64,000 nucleotides of DNA from Selaginella moellendorffii (GCF_000143415.4 NW_003314365.1:201902-265901), one strand, 5' to 3'; counted from the stretch's first letter, positions 10,555 to 23,830 are shown. The notes: generated from the sequence alone by a model not told the origin. A program made the numbers and translations.

Positions 10555-12949
10555 TTTGGGACAAGTTTGAAACTTACTAAATATGGAATGGCGCTAGATT
10601 GCGAATTTGGACACGGGACAAACACCATTGTGTTCAGGTCAATCTCTACATTTTGTAGATATGCCAAATGAGCAAATCTGGACACTTTCCATAAATAGCA
10701 TTTGGAACTGAAATGAGACTAACGCAAAGGGCATGATAGCGAGGGTGTTTGGCAGACACGGTAAGCTATCATACAGCGATATTGAGGGACTAATCTCAAT
10801 ACGCAAGTGTTCTTGTCAAGCCAGTGCAAGACAGAGCAAAAGAGAACTAAAAAGCCAGGCCAAGTATGCTTGGCTGAATAAACACTTAGGAATTCCATCC
10901 TTATGCTTATTCGGCCAAGTACATATACAAAGTCCAATTTACTAACACTTGAACAAGAGGGGCTAATAAAGGGTCTAGCAATACTAACCTCCTGCCATCG
11001 TGGCAGTAAAGTAAGAGTGTCCGTAAGGACTGGTTGATAGGTAACTTTCGATACCCGAAGTCACATTCGCGACAAGCATGGAGTAACTCTTGAGTGTTTA
11101 GTTTGAAGAGTGAAGAGACAAGAGCATGGGGCAACATTAAAACAGTCATAGAGCATGTATCATACTAATGTCAGGATTAATACGCAAAATAGAGTTAAAT
11201 AGAGTTTGGCACAATTTCAGTATATTAGTGCTTTAACACAAGGATATAAGTACTCCACCAACTAGCAAGGTTTGGAATTTGGGTTTAGACCCAAGTTGAA
11301 TGTAAAACAAGGATAAGCATATAAGTGGGAGTTAAACTTATAACCCCTCTCCCCCTTTGAGAAACGTGCACTTTGGGCTTTCACCTTTAGTACTAAGAGT
11401 TGGTCTCTGGGACAAACTTGAAATTTACTAAATATGGAATGACACTAAATTGTGAATTTACCAACATTATTGTGTGTAAATATGTTAAATTAACAAATTT
11501 AGATATTTTCCATAAATAGCCATAGGACCAAATGAAACTAACACATAGGGCATGATAGCGAGGGTGTCTTAGCGGACATGGTAAGTTATCATCTAGTAAG
11601 TATTGAGGGACCAAACTTAATATTATAAGGGTTCTCAACACTAACAAATGCAAGTCAATAATATAAGTTTCTCATCACTGTGTCAAGTATATTTAACTAA
11701 TGACAATTTAAGATTTTCTTCTTTAGTGCCCTTCCAGTCTAAGTGCACATAGGATACTAGTTTTTCAACTAACTTAAGTAGAGATTGATAAAGGGTCCAA
11801 CAATACTAACCTCTTATTATTGTGGTAGTAACAAAAGAATATCCAAAAGGACTCACTAATAAGTAACTTTTGATACTTACAGTCACATTCACAATTATGC
11901 TTTTGATAGTGCATTTGTAATTGCAAACACTTGGGTCAGGTACAAATAGGATAATAATGGTAGTATAACTCTCATCATTGTCCACCAATAGAGTATAAAG
12001 TAAATGATTTGGTGTTAATCAATTTGTGTAAGGGGCCCCTTGCTCAATAGAAGGGACCATATCAGGTGTTATGACAAGTTAGACTACAAGTTTATAAAAT
12101 TTAACATAACATTCAACAAACCGATCCTTAAAAAATTCTGTATATGTAATGGCTAAAATGCTTTATACAAAGGATCAAGAACAATTAATACCACATCTAA
12201 ATCACCAATGGCTCCTCTTGATGTTCTTCTAGATCCTAGCTCATCAGCCATAAAACCCTGACTACTTTCCATCCCTTTGAGAGGAAGGGATAATGTAAAG
12301 TGTACATTTATAATGCCATACACTAATATAGGCAGTTGCCAAAATATTCAAGAATCTCTTAAATATATTCTCATAAGGATGGCTTAACTTTTTAGGAAGG
12401 AAGAAAAGATCTTCTGTTATAAGTTATCCTTGCAATTGATCATTGGACAGATCAGGGATACTGAGGGCATGACTTGCAATGCACAATGTTTCTGTTTCAC
12501 GATCATTCTGCTTCTATGTTCTTGAATAGGGGTGTCCAATTTTGAGGCAGAATTGGCACTGATCGATCACATCAGCAAGATTTCAAATCTTCCAGGAGCA
12601 ATGGCGAAACAAGATAAAGTTTTTCTTTTCTTCTTTACTTATTTACTTTGATTTGAACTTTGCACATTGGGGGCACGCTCTTACCATCACCACACCGCAA
12701 TCCAACCAACACACGATCAAAGCGCCATGCCTAAGACTGCCATTGACCTACTCGGACCAACGATCTGGCGAGATCCATCTTGTGGAAGCTTCTTTGCCGG
12801 ATCCACTCTGAACCAAGAGCTGCAGGCATCTAAGTGTTTGCCGAGAAGATACACATGACGAGGATTAGGCAGATATGTGGGAACCTTCTTCCTCTAAAGC
12901 CGATCCAATTCTCGCTGAAACTCCAGTTCCCGACAGCAATCTTCGAATG

Positions 12950-13080
12950 TTATCCCACAGCTTCCCTGAGCTTTTGCAAGCGTGCAAAGCGATGCCATTG
13001 CTTGCAGACGCGCCAGGAATTGAGGATGATATCTGCTGGGCGAGACAAGATGGCGAGCACCAGATCATCCCAAGAAACTC
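12950..13080 (-). pseudogene. F-box-like motif fragment (copy 2)
   Basis: WDDLVLAILSRPADIILNSWRVCKQWHRFAR fits the F-box consensus. The ORF stops soon after. Confidence 0.55.
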
Positions 13081-13819
13081 TTTTTGGTTTGCCAAATCCG
13101 AAAGGTTCAATGGCAGGTGATTTAGCGCAGGAGCTGCTCACAGCCCGCGCTGATCGCGGCCGCAGTAGAAGCAGGAGCAGCCGCCGTTGCTGCGTCAGAG
13201 AAAAGGAGATCATTTGGGGGAACACTTGCTCTTGTCCATCCTACCTGAGAGCTCACCACATCTCTCCAGTTCCAGTCAAGGATCGACCTGTCATCTTCTG
13301 GAAAATTCCCTACATACATTTCCATGACGAGACTAGCGAGGAACCGATAGATAATGGGAAGGTGCAAAGTTCTAATTGAAATAAAAAAGTAGCGAAGGCC
13401 TTGCCTGGTGATGGTGGAAAGTTTTAAATCAAATCCGGTCGCCATTCCATTGAGAATGGAACAGGGAAGACGGCCGGAAAATTCCTGACTGCTCGAATCT
13501 CCAAAGCGTCAAATGCAGGCCTGATTCCTACAGCAAACGAGCTGCTGCTGAATCTGGGAGAGCCTTAATTGCAAGAATGGGAGGGAGAGTCTTGACGATG
13601 AGGAGCCATCCAGTGGGGATTTGCAGGAACGTCTTCGAGGCTGCTCTGCGAAAATGCGGTCTCCGTCCAGCGGCCTGGTCAAAGCTCATTGACTTTGATC
13701 CATACTTTGTTTCGGCACCAGCCTCCTCGTTTTCCTGGGCCAATTGTTTCTGACCAAACAAAATTTGGTCAGGTCTCATGGCACAGAGAGCGTAGGAAGG
13801 AACGCAATGGTTAAATCCT

Positions 13820-14185
13820 TTATCTAATCTTTTCATTGACAGGCGCGATATAACCTTGTGTTTCGAGATAAATGTTCAACTTCGAATGATAATCCAGGAT
13901 GAACCCCTCAAATATGACACACAAGCCCCAGCGAACACGCCAGGAAAAGAAACCTGTGTCCCTGCGAAGCGGACCGACGGAGAAGGAGCCATGATCAAGC
14001 TCGCCAGAGCAAGCGTAGCACAACCCATGGATCTGCATCTCCGGCAGTGTTGCGAGCCACAAGCTCCCTGAGTTCCTTGCAAGGCGATGCCATGGCTTGC
14101 AGAGGCGCCCGGCTTTAAGGATGATATCTTCTGGCTTGGGGCGAGACAAGATTTCGAGCACCAGATCATCGCCCAGAGCTCCCAT
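13820..14185 (-). CDS. F-box domain protein (short or partial; copy 1)
   Basis: MGALGDDLVLEILSRPKPEDIILKAGRLCKPWHRLAR is an N-terminal F-box-like motif, paralogous to 12950-13080. Confidence 0.55.
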   Translation of the reverse strand: MGALGDDLVLEILSRPKPEDIILKAGRLCKPWHRLARNSGSLWLATLPEMQIHGLCYACSGELDHGSFSVGPLRRDTGFFSWRVRWGLCVIFEGFILDYHSKLNIYLETQGYIAPVNEKIR

Positions 14186-14814
14186 GCCACGTACAAAGGA
14201 TGTTCTCGATCTGGCGAAGAGTTTAGTAGGTGCCTTGGAACGCTGTGTCCAGAGATTGTTCGAGCGTTGGCCTCCAACACCGCCTGCGCTTCGTTCTCTA
14301 GCTTTGTGTAAGGTGTGCTCTCCAGACTCTTCTTTCACTCAAATTTGCAGTTCTTCACAAACAAATGCAGCTTCAGCGGTTTCTTAGGTTACCTGTTTGG
14401 AGGGAAGTGGATGGTGGGAGTGACTGCTGGTGAGTTGACGACCTGGTTGAGTCCACAACATCGATGTTGATCCGGTTCACCTCAATGAATTGGGGATTGT
14501 GAAGTACGCTTTGACAGTGAGAGAAAATGATTCGCCATCATTAAGTTCAGTAGTTTGTCATGAGCCCAGCTGGCTTGGATTGAGCGTAAGCTCGTTTAAT
14601 TTGCATCGAAAGGCCGCTTGATGATCTGTTAGTGTTGTCACCTTGAGAAATTATAGCAAAATAAACCATCATAGATTTTGTTGTCACAGCACAGCGACCA
14701 ATCGAAACAAGAAGAAACACAAGAATGCTGGCGAAGAAGTCAGATTGAAACTTGGGAGGAAGCACAAAGTATGATACAAGAAAAGGAGCTTTTGGCAATA
14801 CGGACGCTGCTTGT

Positions 14815-17675
14815 CTACGTCTGCCAAGCCTTGGGCTGGTCCTTGAGATTCTGGAGCTTGTGATTCAAGCCAACAGCATACTGGGCCGCGAGGCACGACT
14901 TCCTCCGCAACTGTTGGAGCCCCGACGTCTTGGAGATCAGGCTGAAAACGTTGGGAAAGCCACACGACTTCCTGGAAGAGTTCTCCATGGCTTCTGGAAG
15001 CACGACCTCGCCAAAAACTGGGATCACGCCCTCGGGAAGAAATCTGTCCGCATCCTCCATCTCCAGGGCGCCGTTGTGATATCCACGCGCGGACTCATGG
15101 ATTATGGACAGCATCTGGTTGCGAGCTTCCGTCAGTGCGTACTCGAACGTGCTGCAAACCTTCCACAGCGAGGCCATCGCGTTCGCAGACTTGGGACTTC
15201 GATCCACCACGGCCTGGTAGTTTTTTCACGGATCAGCTGGAATGGAAACTTAACTACCAACGAAATCTCAAACCTGGTTTTGGATGGCTTTTGTAGCTCT
15301 GGACAACAGCGGCTGCATGTCTTGGAGCTCGTGTTGGAGCTGCATCTGTGCAAGAGAAAACAAAAGAGACTGAAACAAGAAGGAATTCTTCCGTACCTGT
15401 AGTCTCCGCAAAGCTTGCGCTGAGAAAGTTTGTCCGGTGAGGGGTATGCTTGACGAAACAGAGCCTGGAAACATCTCGGTCGCGCCAAACGACTCAAAAC
15501 TCGACCGAGGACCAGCTTCGTTGTTGGAGGCGCATTCCACCACCGCTGGAGCAGTGGCTGGTGGAGCTGGAGCTCTTTCGCTCGCTGCTACCACGCCCAC
15601 AGCGTTCTCCTCCTCCTGCCGCGGCACCGGACTCAGCTCGTTTTGCTCTTTGGACTGAGCTCTTGGAGGAACACGAAGCCTGTGAGCAGTAGTAGTGGCT
15701 GGCCTTCTCTTGCTGTGATCATGGCCCTGTCTCGGGGACCTTGCCCTGTGAGGACTGCATGTCTTGTTGGTCTCGCTTTGTGAGTTTGGATGGCAGCAGT
15801 GATGGAAAGACTCGTAAATCGAAGGGCCTGGATCGTGGTGAAGGTGATGTCTACTACGTCTCGGTGACCGTCTCGGTGACTGGCTGCTTCGTGGACGTTT
15901 TCCTGACCGCCTCGAGGCCACAAACTGCCAGAGCGAGAAGAAGTACTCGAGGACCTGCTTGTCCCCCATTTTCTCGATCCATAGCGGGAATCCGGCCATG
16001 ATCCTGTCGATGGGAATCAATCTCGAGAGGAAAACCTTCTGAGTCTTGGTGCAAGCTGTGTAGGCCCGCCAGAGTGACACGACGAACGAGACGATGCTGT
16101 AGCTCGGCAAAGTTGACATGAGTGTCTTCTCCATGGAGCCCAGAAACGTGATCTCTTGGACTGAAGTGCTCGACGATGTCGCCTCCGCGTTGATGCTTCG
16201 AGCAAGCTGGGCTTTATAGAGGAACTTCAAGCTTTTCAGATGCCTCGACAGTGTTTTCGACTTGGAGACTGCTAGTGCCCAGCGCCATTTCCACACCACT
16301 GCCTTGCCAACTTTCTCAAAAATCGATGGATCGCCTCCGTGGGACGCCGAAACCATTTCTATATTGTTTCTACGACCGTGCTGTTGTTGCGATGACCATT
16401 CTCTCGCGAACCTCCTCCTGTGCTCTTCTTCTCGAGAAGGTGGTGGTCGAACGTGATGGCCTCTCTTTGAAAACTCCGAGGGACTAGTCTCTACATACGG
16501 ACGTAACTCTGGAGCTTGTCTTCTAATGTTCCCTTTCAGCCTCGAGTCAATATTCTCCTCGATGTTTCGAAATGCTTCGTAGACCTCCGAGAACGAGATC
16601 GTAGTACCAGCCTTGTTCTCCAAGTTCGCAACCTCACCCACTATGTTTCGCAAGCTTTGTGCCAGAAGCGCAAACTCTTGATTCTGGCGCTGGACGTTTG
16701 GCTGGTTTATCCACACCAGGTCCTATTGAAAAAGGAGAGACAAAGATCTTAGAGCATCTCAAAAAAGGAGCGTGCAAAGACATACCAACCTCTTCACTTC
16801 GAGACCTGTGTGGCCTCCTTTGAGACGATGGCTCGCCTTGATCATATTCGGCTCTTCTTTGCTTCCGACGCTGAGGCATCAAAGCTAGTCAAGACGATCA
16901 GCACTTTTCTCAACGAAAAAACTTCTTATCACAACTTACAGGCATGCGAGCTTGAGTCTGAAGCGCTTGAATTTCTTGTTCTTTAGCCGAGAGCTGCGCA
17001 CGCAATGAAGCCGATTCAGCCAGAGCGTGAGCTAATCCTTTCTCCCGTTGAGCTCGTTCCTGCTCAACCATGGCCATGCTGGCTTCGTCCTTGCGAGTGA
17101 CTTCATTCACTCTTCGTAGCTCTTGGTTGAAAGTTCTCTGCAAAAGAGCAGGAAGTATAGAGATTGAGAACCTTGAAAGATGACAGAGTGAATACCTGGA
17201 GATGGAACTGACGCCATCGCTGGAAAGCCGAGGCAGCATCAGCACGATCGCTCTCCTGCGAAGAAGGAGCATTGCCCGGTCCAGGATGATCCAAAGACGA
17301 GTCACCGGTCTCTGGAGCATCAGAAAGATCAGCTTGGGCCGCTGCATCACTTCTTTGCTCGCAGCTGCCAAAAGTTTGCACGTCCGCTTTCATCTGATCG
17401 TGATCTTGGCTTTCACCTCGAGCAGCGGCGGGGACGGTGGCAGTAACAGCAGCACTGGCTTCTTGCTGTTCTTGGCGCTGGTTTTCCTTGCCTTCGGGAA
17501 TAGTGACCATGCTCTTGTCCGAAACTCCAGGACAGTACACTGTCTTTTGGATCCCCTTCTCGCGATTGTAAAAGACGTGCTTCTCGATCACTTCGGGTTG
17601 ATCGGTCGCGGCCTTGTCGAATGCCACATAGTATCTAAACAGATTCTTCGCCCTTCGTCCTTTGTTCGCCCCCAT
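14815..17675 (-). CDS. Multi-exon hypothetical protein (coiled-coil and low-complexity), possibly TE-associated
   Basis: Chain of same-strand ORFs (17103-17675, 16910-17371, 15268-16716, 14815-15210) with plausible short introns. No family recognised and the boundaries are uncertain. Confidence 0.4.
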
Positions 17676-18149
17676 CCTCTAGCAAATCCCACGCCCTAGA
17701 ACGAGGCGATCTGCAGATCCATCCATCAATCCCTCTCAGGTCACCTCGCCCCACACAAGCTCCCGATTCCTGTGCCGGCAATCCCGTGTGGCAGCGCCAT
17801 CGATCCAATCCACTCTGTCACTCGCGATCACACTACCTCGCGGCCGCCAGCGTAGCCCCGGTGGAATCCAGGCGCAAACCCTACAAAATCTGTTCCTCTG
17901 TGGACGGTTTGAGTTGGTTCCCGCGACGCTTGCCAGCCGGCTCAGCCGCCATCCCAGCCGTCCGCTCTGCCGCTAAACAGAATGGAAAAGAACACATTTC
18001 TTCTCTCTTTCGTGTTCTCTAAGCAGAGTTGGCCGAAATGTGTGTACCGATGGCTTGGGATATCCTGGATGAATTGGCTTGATCTTCTTGTGAACAAGAT
18101 TGGGAGCAACAAGGTAGTTTCTTCAAAATTAGTTCATCAAAGTGTGACA

Positions 18150-19550
18150 ATTGATTTTAATATTCAAATATGATAATTATTTTTAACATTTTTCTTTTTT
18201 TAAATAAATACTTTATAAGTTTGTTGAACAAGACAACTTACAGTAGTGTTAATTAGACCAGGATGAAAATGTTTTATTGGTGAAATAAATAAATAAATAA
18301 ATAAATAAAAGCGTTTTAATGATAAATATAAAATTTAGTGTTAATATTTAACTTCTAACTTATTTGATGCTTTCAGCAGCACTAAGAGCATTAGTATTTA
18401 AAAGTTTTTGTAACATTTCTAAAATATAAAAATTAACTTTTTATTAATTTTTATTTGAAATAATAAGTATAACTTATCTCAATAATAAATAAAAGTTAGA
18501 TATATTATATAATTATTTGAAAAAAATTATAATTCCTTTATAAAAGTTGTGCTAATGATGCAGATATAAAGTTTTTGTCATGTTTACTAAAGATATTGTT
18601 AATAATTATTTAAACTAAAAACACTTAAAAAAGATTCTTGACACATTGATATTAAATAAAATGATATAATTTTATTAAAAAAATATATGTATATACATAA
18701 AATATTTTTTAGTTTGAAAAGGTTTGTCATAATTTTATTAGTTTTAAACTTGATAATTCTATATACTTGGTTTAAAAATCTAACTACTTATATGCTTGTT
18801 GAAGTTAATAATATTATTTTGCTCTTTTAAAATTAAATAAAGAAAACTTTCATATTTGTACTTAAATATTCTGTCTAGAGTAAAATATTTTATTTTTGCA
18901 TTATTAAGAGTTTGAAATATTTTGAAAATTTGTAAGAAGAACTAATTTAAGTACTTATTTCAATGTAAATTTTATTATTAATGTAACCCTTACATATTTT
19001 TTATTTTTCTAAAAAATAATATTTATATAAAATTTCTATAGGCTAAATAGATGATCTATAATAATAAAAAAAACTAAAAATTTATAGTATGTTAACATTG
19101 TAAACACTATTAAAAAGAGGATATAGAATTTTTCTACCTGGAATGTAATCTCTAGAAACTTGAGAGTCTTTACTAACACACCTTTTGTTTAATTCTTGCT
19201 CCCATCCAAAATCTAAAACCATGGCATCGTTATATATCATCTTTACAAAATTATAACTTTTAATATTAGTAGCGGCCTCTCTTGCCTCAACAGGCAATAC
19301 CTTATTGGCAATCTTCTAGTCAAGAACACCAAAAATGAGTTATGGAAATAATCTGCAGCCCAAAGTGCATTAAAGAAGAAATGAGTGGCATTGAAAAAAT
19401 AATTATTATTAACATTATGTACTGTAATATAAAGTTAAATATAGACTAAGAGATACATATAAATTAACTTGAATTAATATATTATAAATAATATTAATTT
19501 CCCTTTCAAATTCTAAAACAATCTTATCAGTGGCAATTGGCGGGAAAAAC
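18150..19550. other. Extremely AT-rich island
   Basis: Abrupt shift from ~50% GC to long A/T runs, including (AAAT)n at ~18284-18308. Confidence 0.8.
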
Positions 19551-19604
19551 TTTATTAAAAGCAAAAACGTGAAATTCGAGCCAGGATTTTAGGGTTTATG
19601 GACA

Positions 19605-20934
19605 ATGCGGCTTTTCGCGGCGATCCTGTATCACTACCCCTGCACGGATGGAGTGTTTGCGGCACTGGCAGCGCATCTGTATCATCAGGCCATCGGCAAG
19701 GCTGCGCGATTCTTTCCAAATGCTGTCTACCGTCCACTCAGGTTGTAGATGTCCTATTTCGTGTTCTTGATTTCCGCTGGTTTGTGTTGTCAGGGTGGAC
19801 GAGCTGCCCGTCGAGGAAGTCGACGTGTTTTACCTTTTAGATTTCGTCGGTCCTGCCGGTTTCGTCACAGATCTTTGCAGTAAAGCTAAAGAGTGCGTAT
19901 TGATTTCTCGATCTCTCGATTATTTTTTTACTTCTCTTGTGAATTTCTATGTATCCAGAGTTGTGGTGTTGGATCACCACAAGACGGCACTCGACAAGCT
20001 TCACAGTGAAGACCGTGCGCCACAAAATCTCCATTCAGTCATTGACATGAATCGAAGTGGAGCTACGATTGCTTATGATTACTTTTCGGAGCGTTTTCCA
20101 GGTAAATCCATGGCTCGGCCAGTTTTGTTTCTCTACAGACGGCATTCGTTTATTGTGACAAGAACTTTGGAGTGGAGAGCACAAGTTGCAAAAGATGTAC
20201 AAGTATGTGGAGGATGGCGACCTTTGGCGCTGGAGCATTCCAGAGAGCAAGGCATTTTCGAGCGGTATCCAGGATTTGAAGCTGGAGTACAACGCCGTGC
20301 TGAATCCTTCAATTTTCAACCAGGTAGTTCTTTTGTTTTTTTCTGGCAAAGACATTTAGTTTCTGCATTTTGCAGTTGCTGGAACTTGATATTGACTCTG
20401 TTCTTGAGAGAGGAAAGCAAAGAATGTTAGTGCATCAAGAAATTATACGCTCTATTCTCGAAAACTCTTTTGAAATCGAGATTGGAAATGGCAAGTTTGG
20501 GCGTTTTCTTGTAAGTTTATTTTTTCACGCAGTCATTGTCTTACGGACGGCGAGCTTCATTCCACAGGGTGTAAGAGCAGACAATGCACAGGAGCTTAGA
20601 AGTGATCTCGGACATCAGCTTGCGGAGAAAAGTCTTCGCTCTGGCTTAAGGTTCTCATCGTGTTTCAACAGCGAGTCCGTAAGTTCCTCTTCTTTTCTAG
20701 GCCTATCGGTGCGGTGGTTTATGAAGTCGAAGAACTTGGAGATCCAGACACTCTGAAAGTGAGCCTTCGAAGCATAGACGATGACACAACGGGTATATCT
20801 CAGGTTGGAAAGCTTTGAGTTTGCGTTGCTATGAATGACTAATGCTAACCTGTGCACAGTCCTACGGAGGGGGTGGTCACTGCTGTGCAAGCTCTTTCAC
20901 GATAAATAAGGCTGAGCTCGAGCAATGGATTTAA
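19605..20934 (+). CDS. DHH/DHHA1-family phosphoesterase (plant type), multi-exon
   Basis: Exons encode LYHYPCTDGVFAALAAHLY, VVVLDHHKTA, DMNRSGATIAYDYF, YVEDGDLWRW and a C-terminal YGGGGHCCASSF. Confidence 0.85.
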
Positions 20935-22708
20935 TCGGGAGTAAGTGCCTCGAGTGGCATTTAAAAAGCGTTTCTTTCTTCTGCAGCTACCAATCGAGTG
21001 TTTTTGTTTTTCCTTTTTCCAAACAATGAGGTGCATTTCTCCATTCAGTCAGTGAGTGGTCCCTTCTCTTCGTACATCTCGCTCCAAAATTTTCAACGTT
21101 TCAATGCTGTGTTGCCGTGTTAATCCGATCGCTGCGCGTGCTCGATTATAACACTTGTCAAGTGCAAATGTGAACGAAAGCAACCAAGGTAACCCGTGCT
21201 TCATTTTTTTTCTTGCTATTGCTCTTTAGTACACATCACTAAGTTCCCAGACAATGTGGAAAAGAACTTGCGCTTTAAGTTCAAGATCAAAGAAAATCCA
21301 CGTGCTTGCGATCGAGAATTTAGTGAGGCGGCGAGATTCGGGCGTATGATTTGCCATTCATCGTCCATTTACGCCTGAGGTCGTGTAAGTCGCCTTCTCT
21401 CTTTGTTGTCGCTGTGAAGAGCACGTAATCTTTTTTAAAACTCGGATGTAGGTACGTGGTGGTGGAACAGACCCAAACGAAAGAGAGCGAAGCTTTTGTC
21501 AAAGCTTCACCGTTTCCACTGTGGGGAGGAGGGTCTTTGGCTGCTCCATGGGAAGGAGTGAGTACCCCACCAAAACTCCAATTTGGCACGGCTATAGCAA
21601 TTGAGCAACGATAAATGAGCCAAGTAGCTAGCGAGCTAAGTGAAACCGAGGCTCGCCGCTCACAAACGACTCAAGTCTCAGGAGGTTCTTCTGTTTTCTC
21701 AGGTTCTTCTAAAATGTTTCTTTTCTCTCCTTTACATTTCCCTATGGGTACTCACGTCTCTTTCCAGGCGAGCCATTTTCAGCACCAGCATGCAATGCAC
21801 ACATACCACCACGCGTAGCCCATCGCCCTCGCTTCAGAAAAGATAGATACTTTCGCTCCACATTGAATGAACAAAGACTCGGGCTTTTCGGCTGATAGTG
21901 TTCGTTCCTCTCTCTCTCTCTCTCGCTCGTCCCTCTGGTTACACTTGGCTTTTTTTTCTTTTATATTTCCCTTCTTCCCTGAGCTGACTGACGAGAAAAT
22001 CTGCAGGGAAGAGAGAAAAGAAATCCGGGATTCCTTTCGGCAAAAAGAAAAAACTTGTGCCTTTTCAAGCCTGGTGGTGTCTGCTCTGATTCTCGTGGTG
22101 ATTGATTGAAAGCTAAGGTCGAGCGAGAGAAATGCAATACCCCATTCCTGCCGCTGCTGCTGCACTGCTTGCTGCTTGAGCACAGTCGTTGTCACTCTCT
22201 CTTCAGATTATATAATCTCTTCGCACACTCCTTCGCCACAAAGAAACACAGTGCTGCTCCTCCTGCTCTTGCTGCAAGTCTGCGAGTTTCTGCGAGTTTT
22301 CCAGCGCTGTTCTCCTTACTGTTTTCTCTGCCGCGCGAGAGCTTCTCACAAGCAATCGCAAGTGCGAGTGAGTGGGACAGGCAGCAGCAGCTTAGCTAGC
22401 AGAAAGATGGAACTTTTGTAGTTTTCACTCGCCATTTCTCTTGGATAGCCATTTCCTGCTGTTTTCTTTTCTCAGTATTTTCAGTGAGGAAGAACGAGTG
22501 GAAAAAAGATCAGATATGACAGTTTTTTTCGCTTTGATTCCTGGTGCAAGCTGGGCAATGACACGCTCTGGGGAAAGCCTGCTTGCTACTTAACTGATCA
22601 AGACCTCTTGTTTGTTTCTTACAGAGAAATTTTCTCTAGCTATAGCTCTACGATCTCTCTCTTTCTCTCTCTCGAGGGAGGATATAGTCACACTCGTCGC
22701 ACAACGCG

Positions 22709-23830
22709 ATGGCTTTGCATGAAGTTCTCACTGGAATCAAGGAGGAGCCCCGCTCCTTTCCATCGTCGCCAATGTTGTTCGATCAAGACCATTGCCATGA
22801 TAGCTTCGATCACTTGCTATACGCTGGAGGAGCTGCCGGATCATCGTCTTTCAATCTTCGTCCTGCAGGGCCCCGCCGCCACGATCAAGAGTTTTGCAGC
22901 CAGCTCGATGCGCTAGCGCTGGATCACAATCCTTGCACCTCTCCAATTCCATCCCCCGGCCACAGCAGTAGCAGCAGCTTGGATGGCATCGCTGCAGTGG
23001 TGGGACAAAGAATCCTCTTTGGCGGCGGAGGCGGCGCCACCGCCGATTCCACTTCTTCCTCCTCCTCGCACCACCACCGCCACCATCATGATCATCCAGT
23101 GACGCCGCGCTACAACGCCGCCGCCACCACCAATTATCGCTGCAGCGTCCCCGACAGCAGCCGACAAGACGACATGGATCTCATGGTCGGCCAAGAACAC
23201 TTCTCCGAAAGTCACGGCCACTGTTTCCTGGACGATCATACGTTTTACGGCAGCCGTCGCGGCCACAGCGAGCTGGACTTGGATCGCAGCTTGAGTTCCA
23301 AGAGGACGAGCCACACCACCATCGACAGTTTAGCAGCGGCGGCGGCGGCGGCGGGCTATTCGCTTGCATCGTCTTCCCCGGATCCTCCAAATGGCGCCGC
23401 GGTTAGCGCCGCTACTGGAGCGGCGAATCCCGGTCGGGTGTTCCGGGGAGTCCGGAAGAGGCCGTGGGGGCGATGGTCCGCGGAGATTCGGGACAGGATT
23501 GGGAGGTGCCGGCATTGGTTGGGAACGTTTGATACTCCAGAGGACGCTGCCAGGGCCTACGATGCGGCGGCCAGGAAGCTGCGAGGCGCCAAGGCCAGGA
23601 CGAATTTCGCGATCCCGAGCTCGTCCGGGCAGCCCATCATCCCTCCGGCAGTCTCCCACCATCATCACCAGCAGCAGCAGCAGCAATCCAAGTGTCACGG
23701 TACCAACATTTTGCTGAGCAGTAGCTCCTCCAGCAGCGGCTACCAGCATCAGCAGCACAGCTACGATCTCGATCTCAAGCTCAAGCTCTGGAATTCCTCC
23801 AATTCGTCGTCGTCTTATCGGAGATCGTAG
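22709..23830 (+). CDS. AP2/ERF transcription factor, ERF084-like, with a C-terminal EAR-like motif
   Basis: [58 protein letters not shown]2 domain. DLDLKLKL (LxLxL). Intronless 373 aa ORF. Confidence 0.92.
   Translation: MALHEVLTGIKEEPRSFPSSPMLFDQDHCHDSFDHLLYAGGAAGSSSFNLRPAGPRRHDQEFCSQLDALALDHNPCTSPIPSPGHSSSSSLDGIAAVVGQRILFGGGGGATADSTSSSSSHHHRHHHDHPVTPRYNAAATTNYRCSVPDSSRQDDMDLMVGQEHFSESHGHCFLDDHTFYGSRRGHSELDLDRSLSSKRTSHTTIDSLAAAAAAAGYSLASSSPDPPNGAAVSAATGAANPGRVFRGVRKRPWGRWSAEIRDRIGRCRHWLGTFDTPEDAARAYDAAARKLRGAKARTNFAIPSSSGQPIIPPAVSHHHHQQQQQQSKCHGTNILLSSSSSSSGYQHQQHSYDLDLKLKLWNSSNSSSSYRRS

Larger units (their letters stand above)
636..11074. mobile_element. Solo LTR (family B, copy B2; ~1.09 kb net: 636-1208 plus 10560-11074) inserted into B1
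   Basis: TGTAAC...CGCGACA termini with 5-bp TSD AGCAT at 631-635 and 11075-11079. It is itself interrupted by the family A element. Confidence 0.75.
438..11896. mobile_element. Old degenerate LTR (family B, copy B1), split into 438-635 and 11080-~11896 by a nested insertion
   Basis: Starts TGTAGTGCAC (B2 starts TGTAACGCAC). Joining 438-635 to 11080 onward gives a sequence colinear with B2, mostly with C>T and G>A differences. The right end AGTCACATTCACAATT resembles the B2 end AGTCACATTCGCGACA. No TSD recognised. Confidence 0.6.

Noticed and set aside
10560-11896. Apparent ~850-bp tandem repeat
   Set aside because: Better explained as LTR B2 nested in LTR B1, supported by TSD AGCAT.
12275-12300. 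PPT-like GAGAGGAAGGGATAA followed by TGTAAAG, possibly another LTR start
   Set aside because: No partner LTR, end or TSD could be identified.
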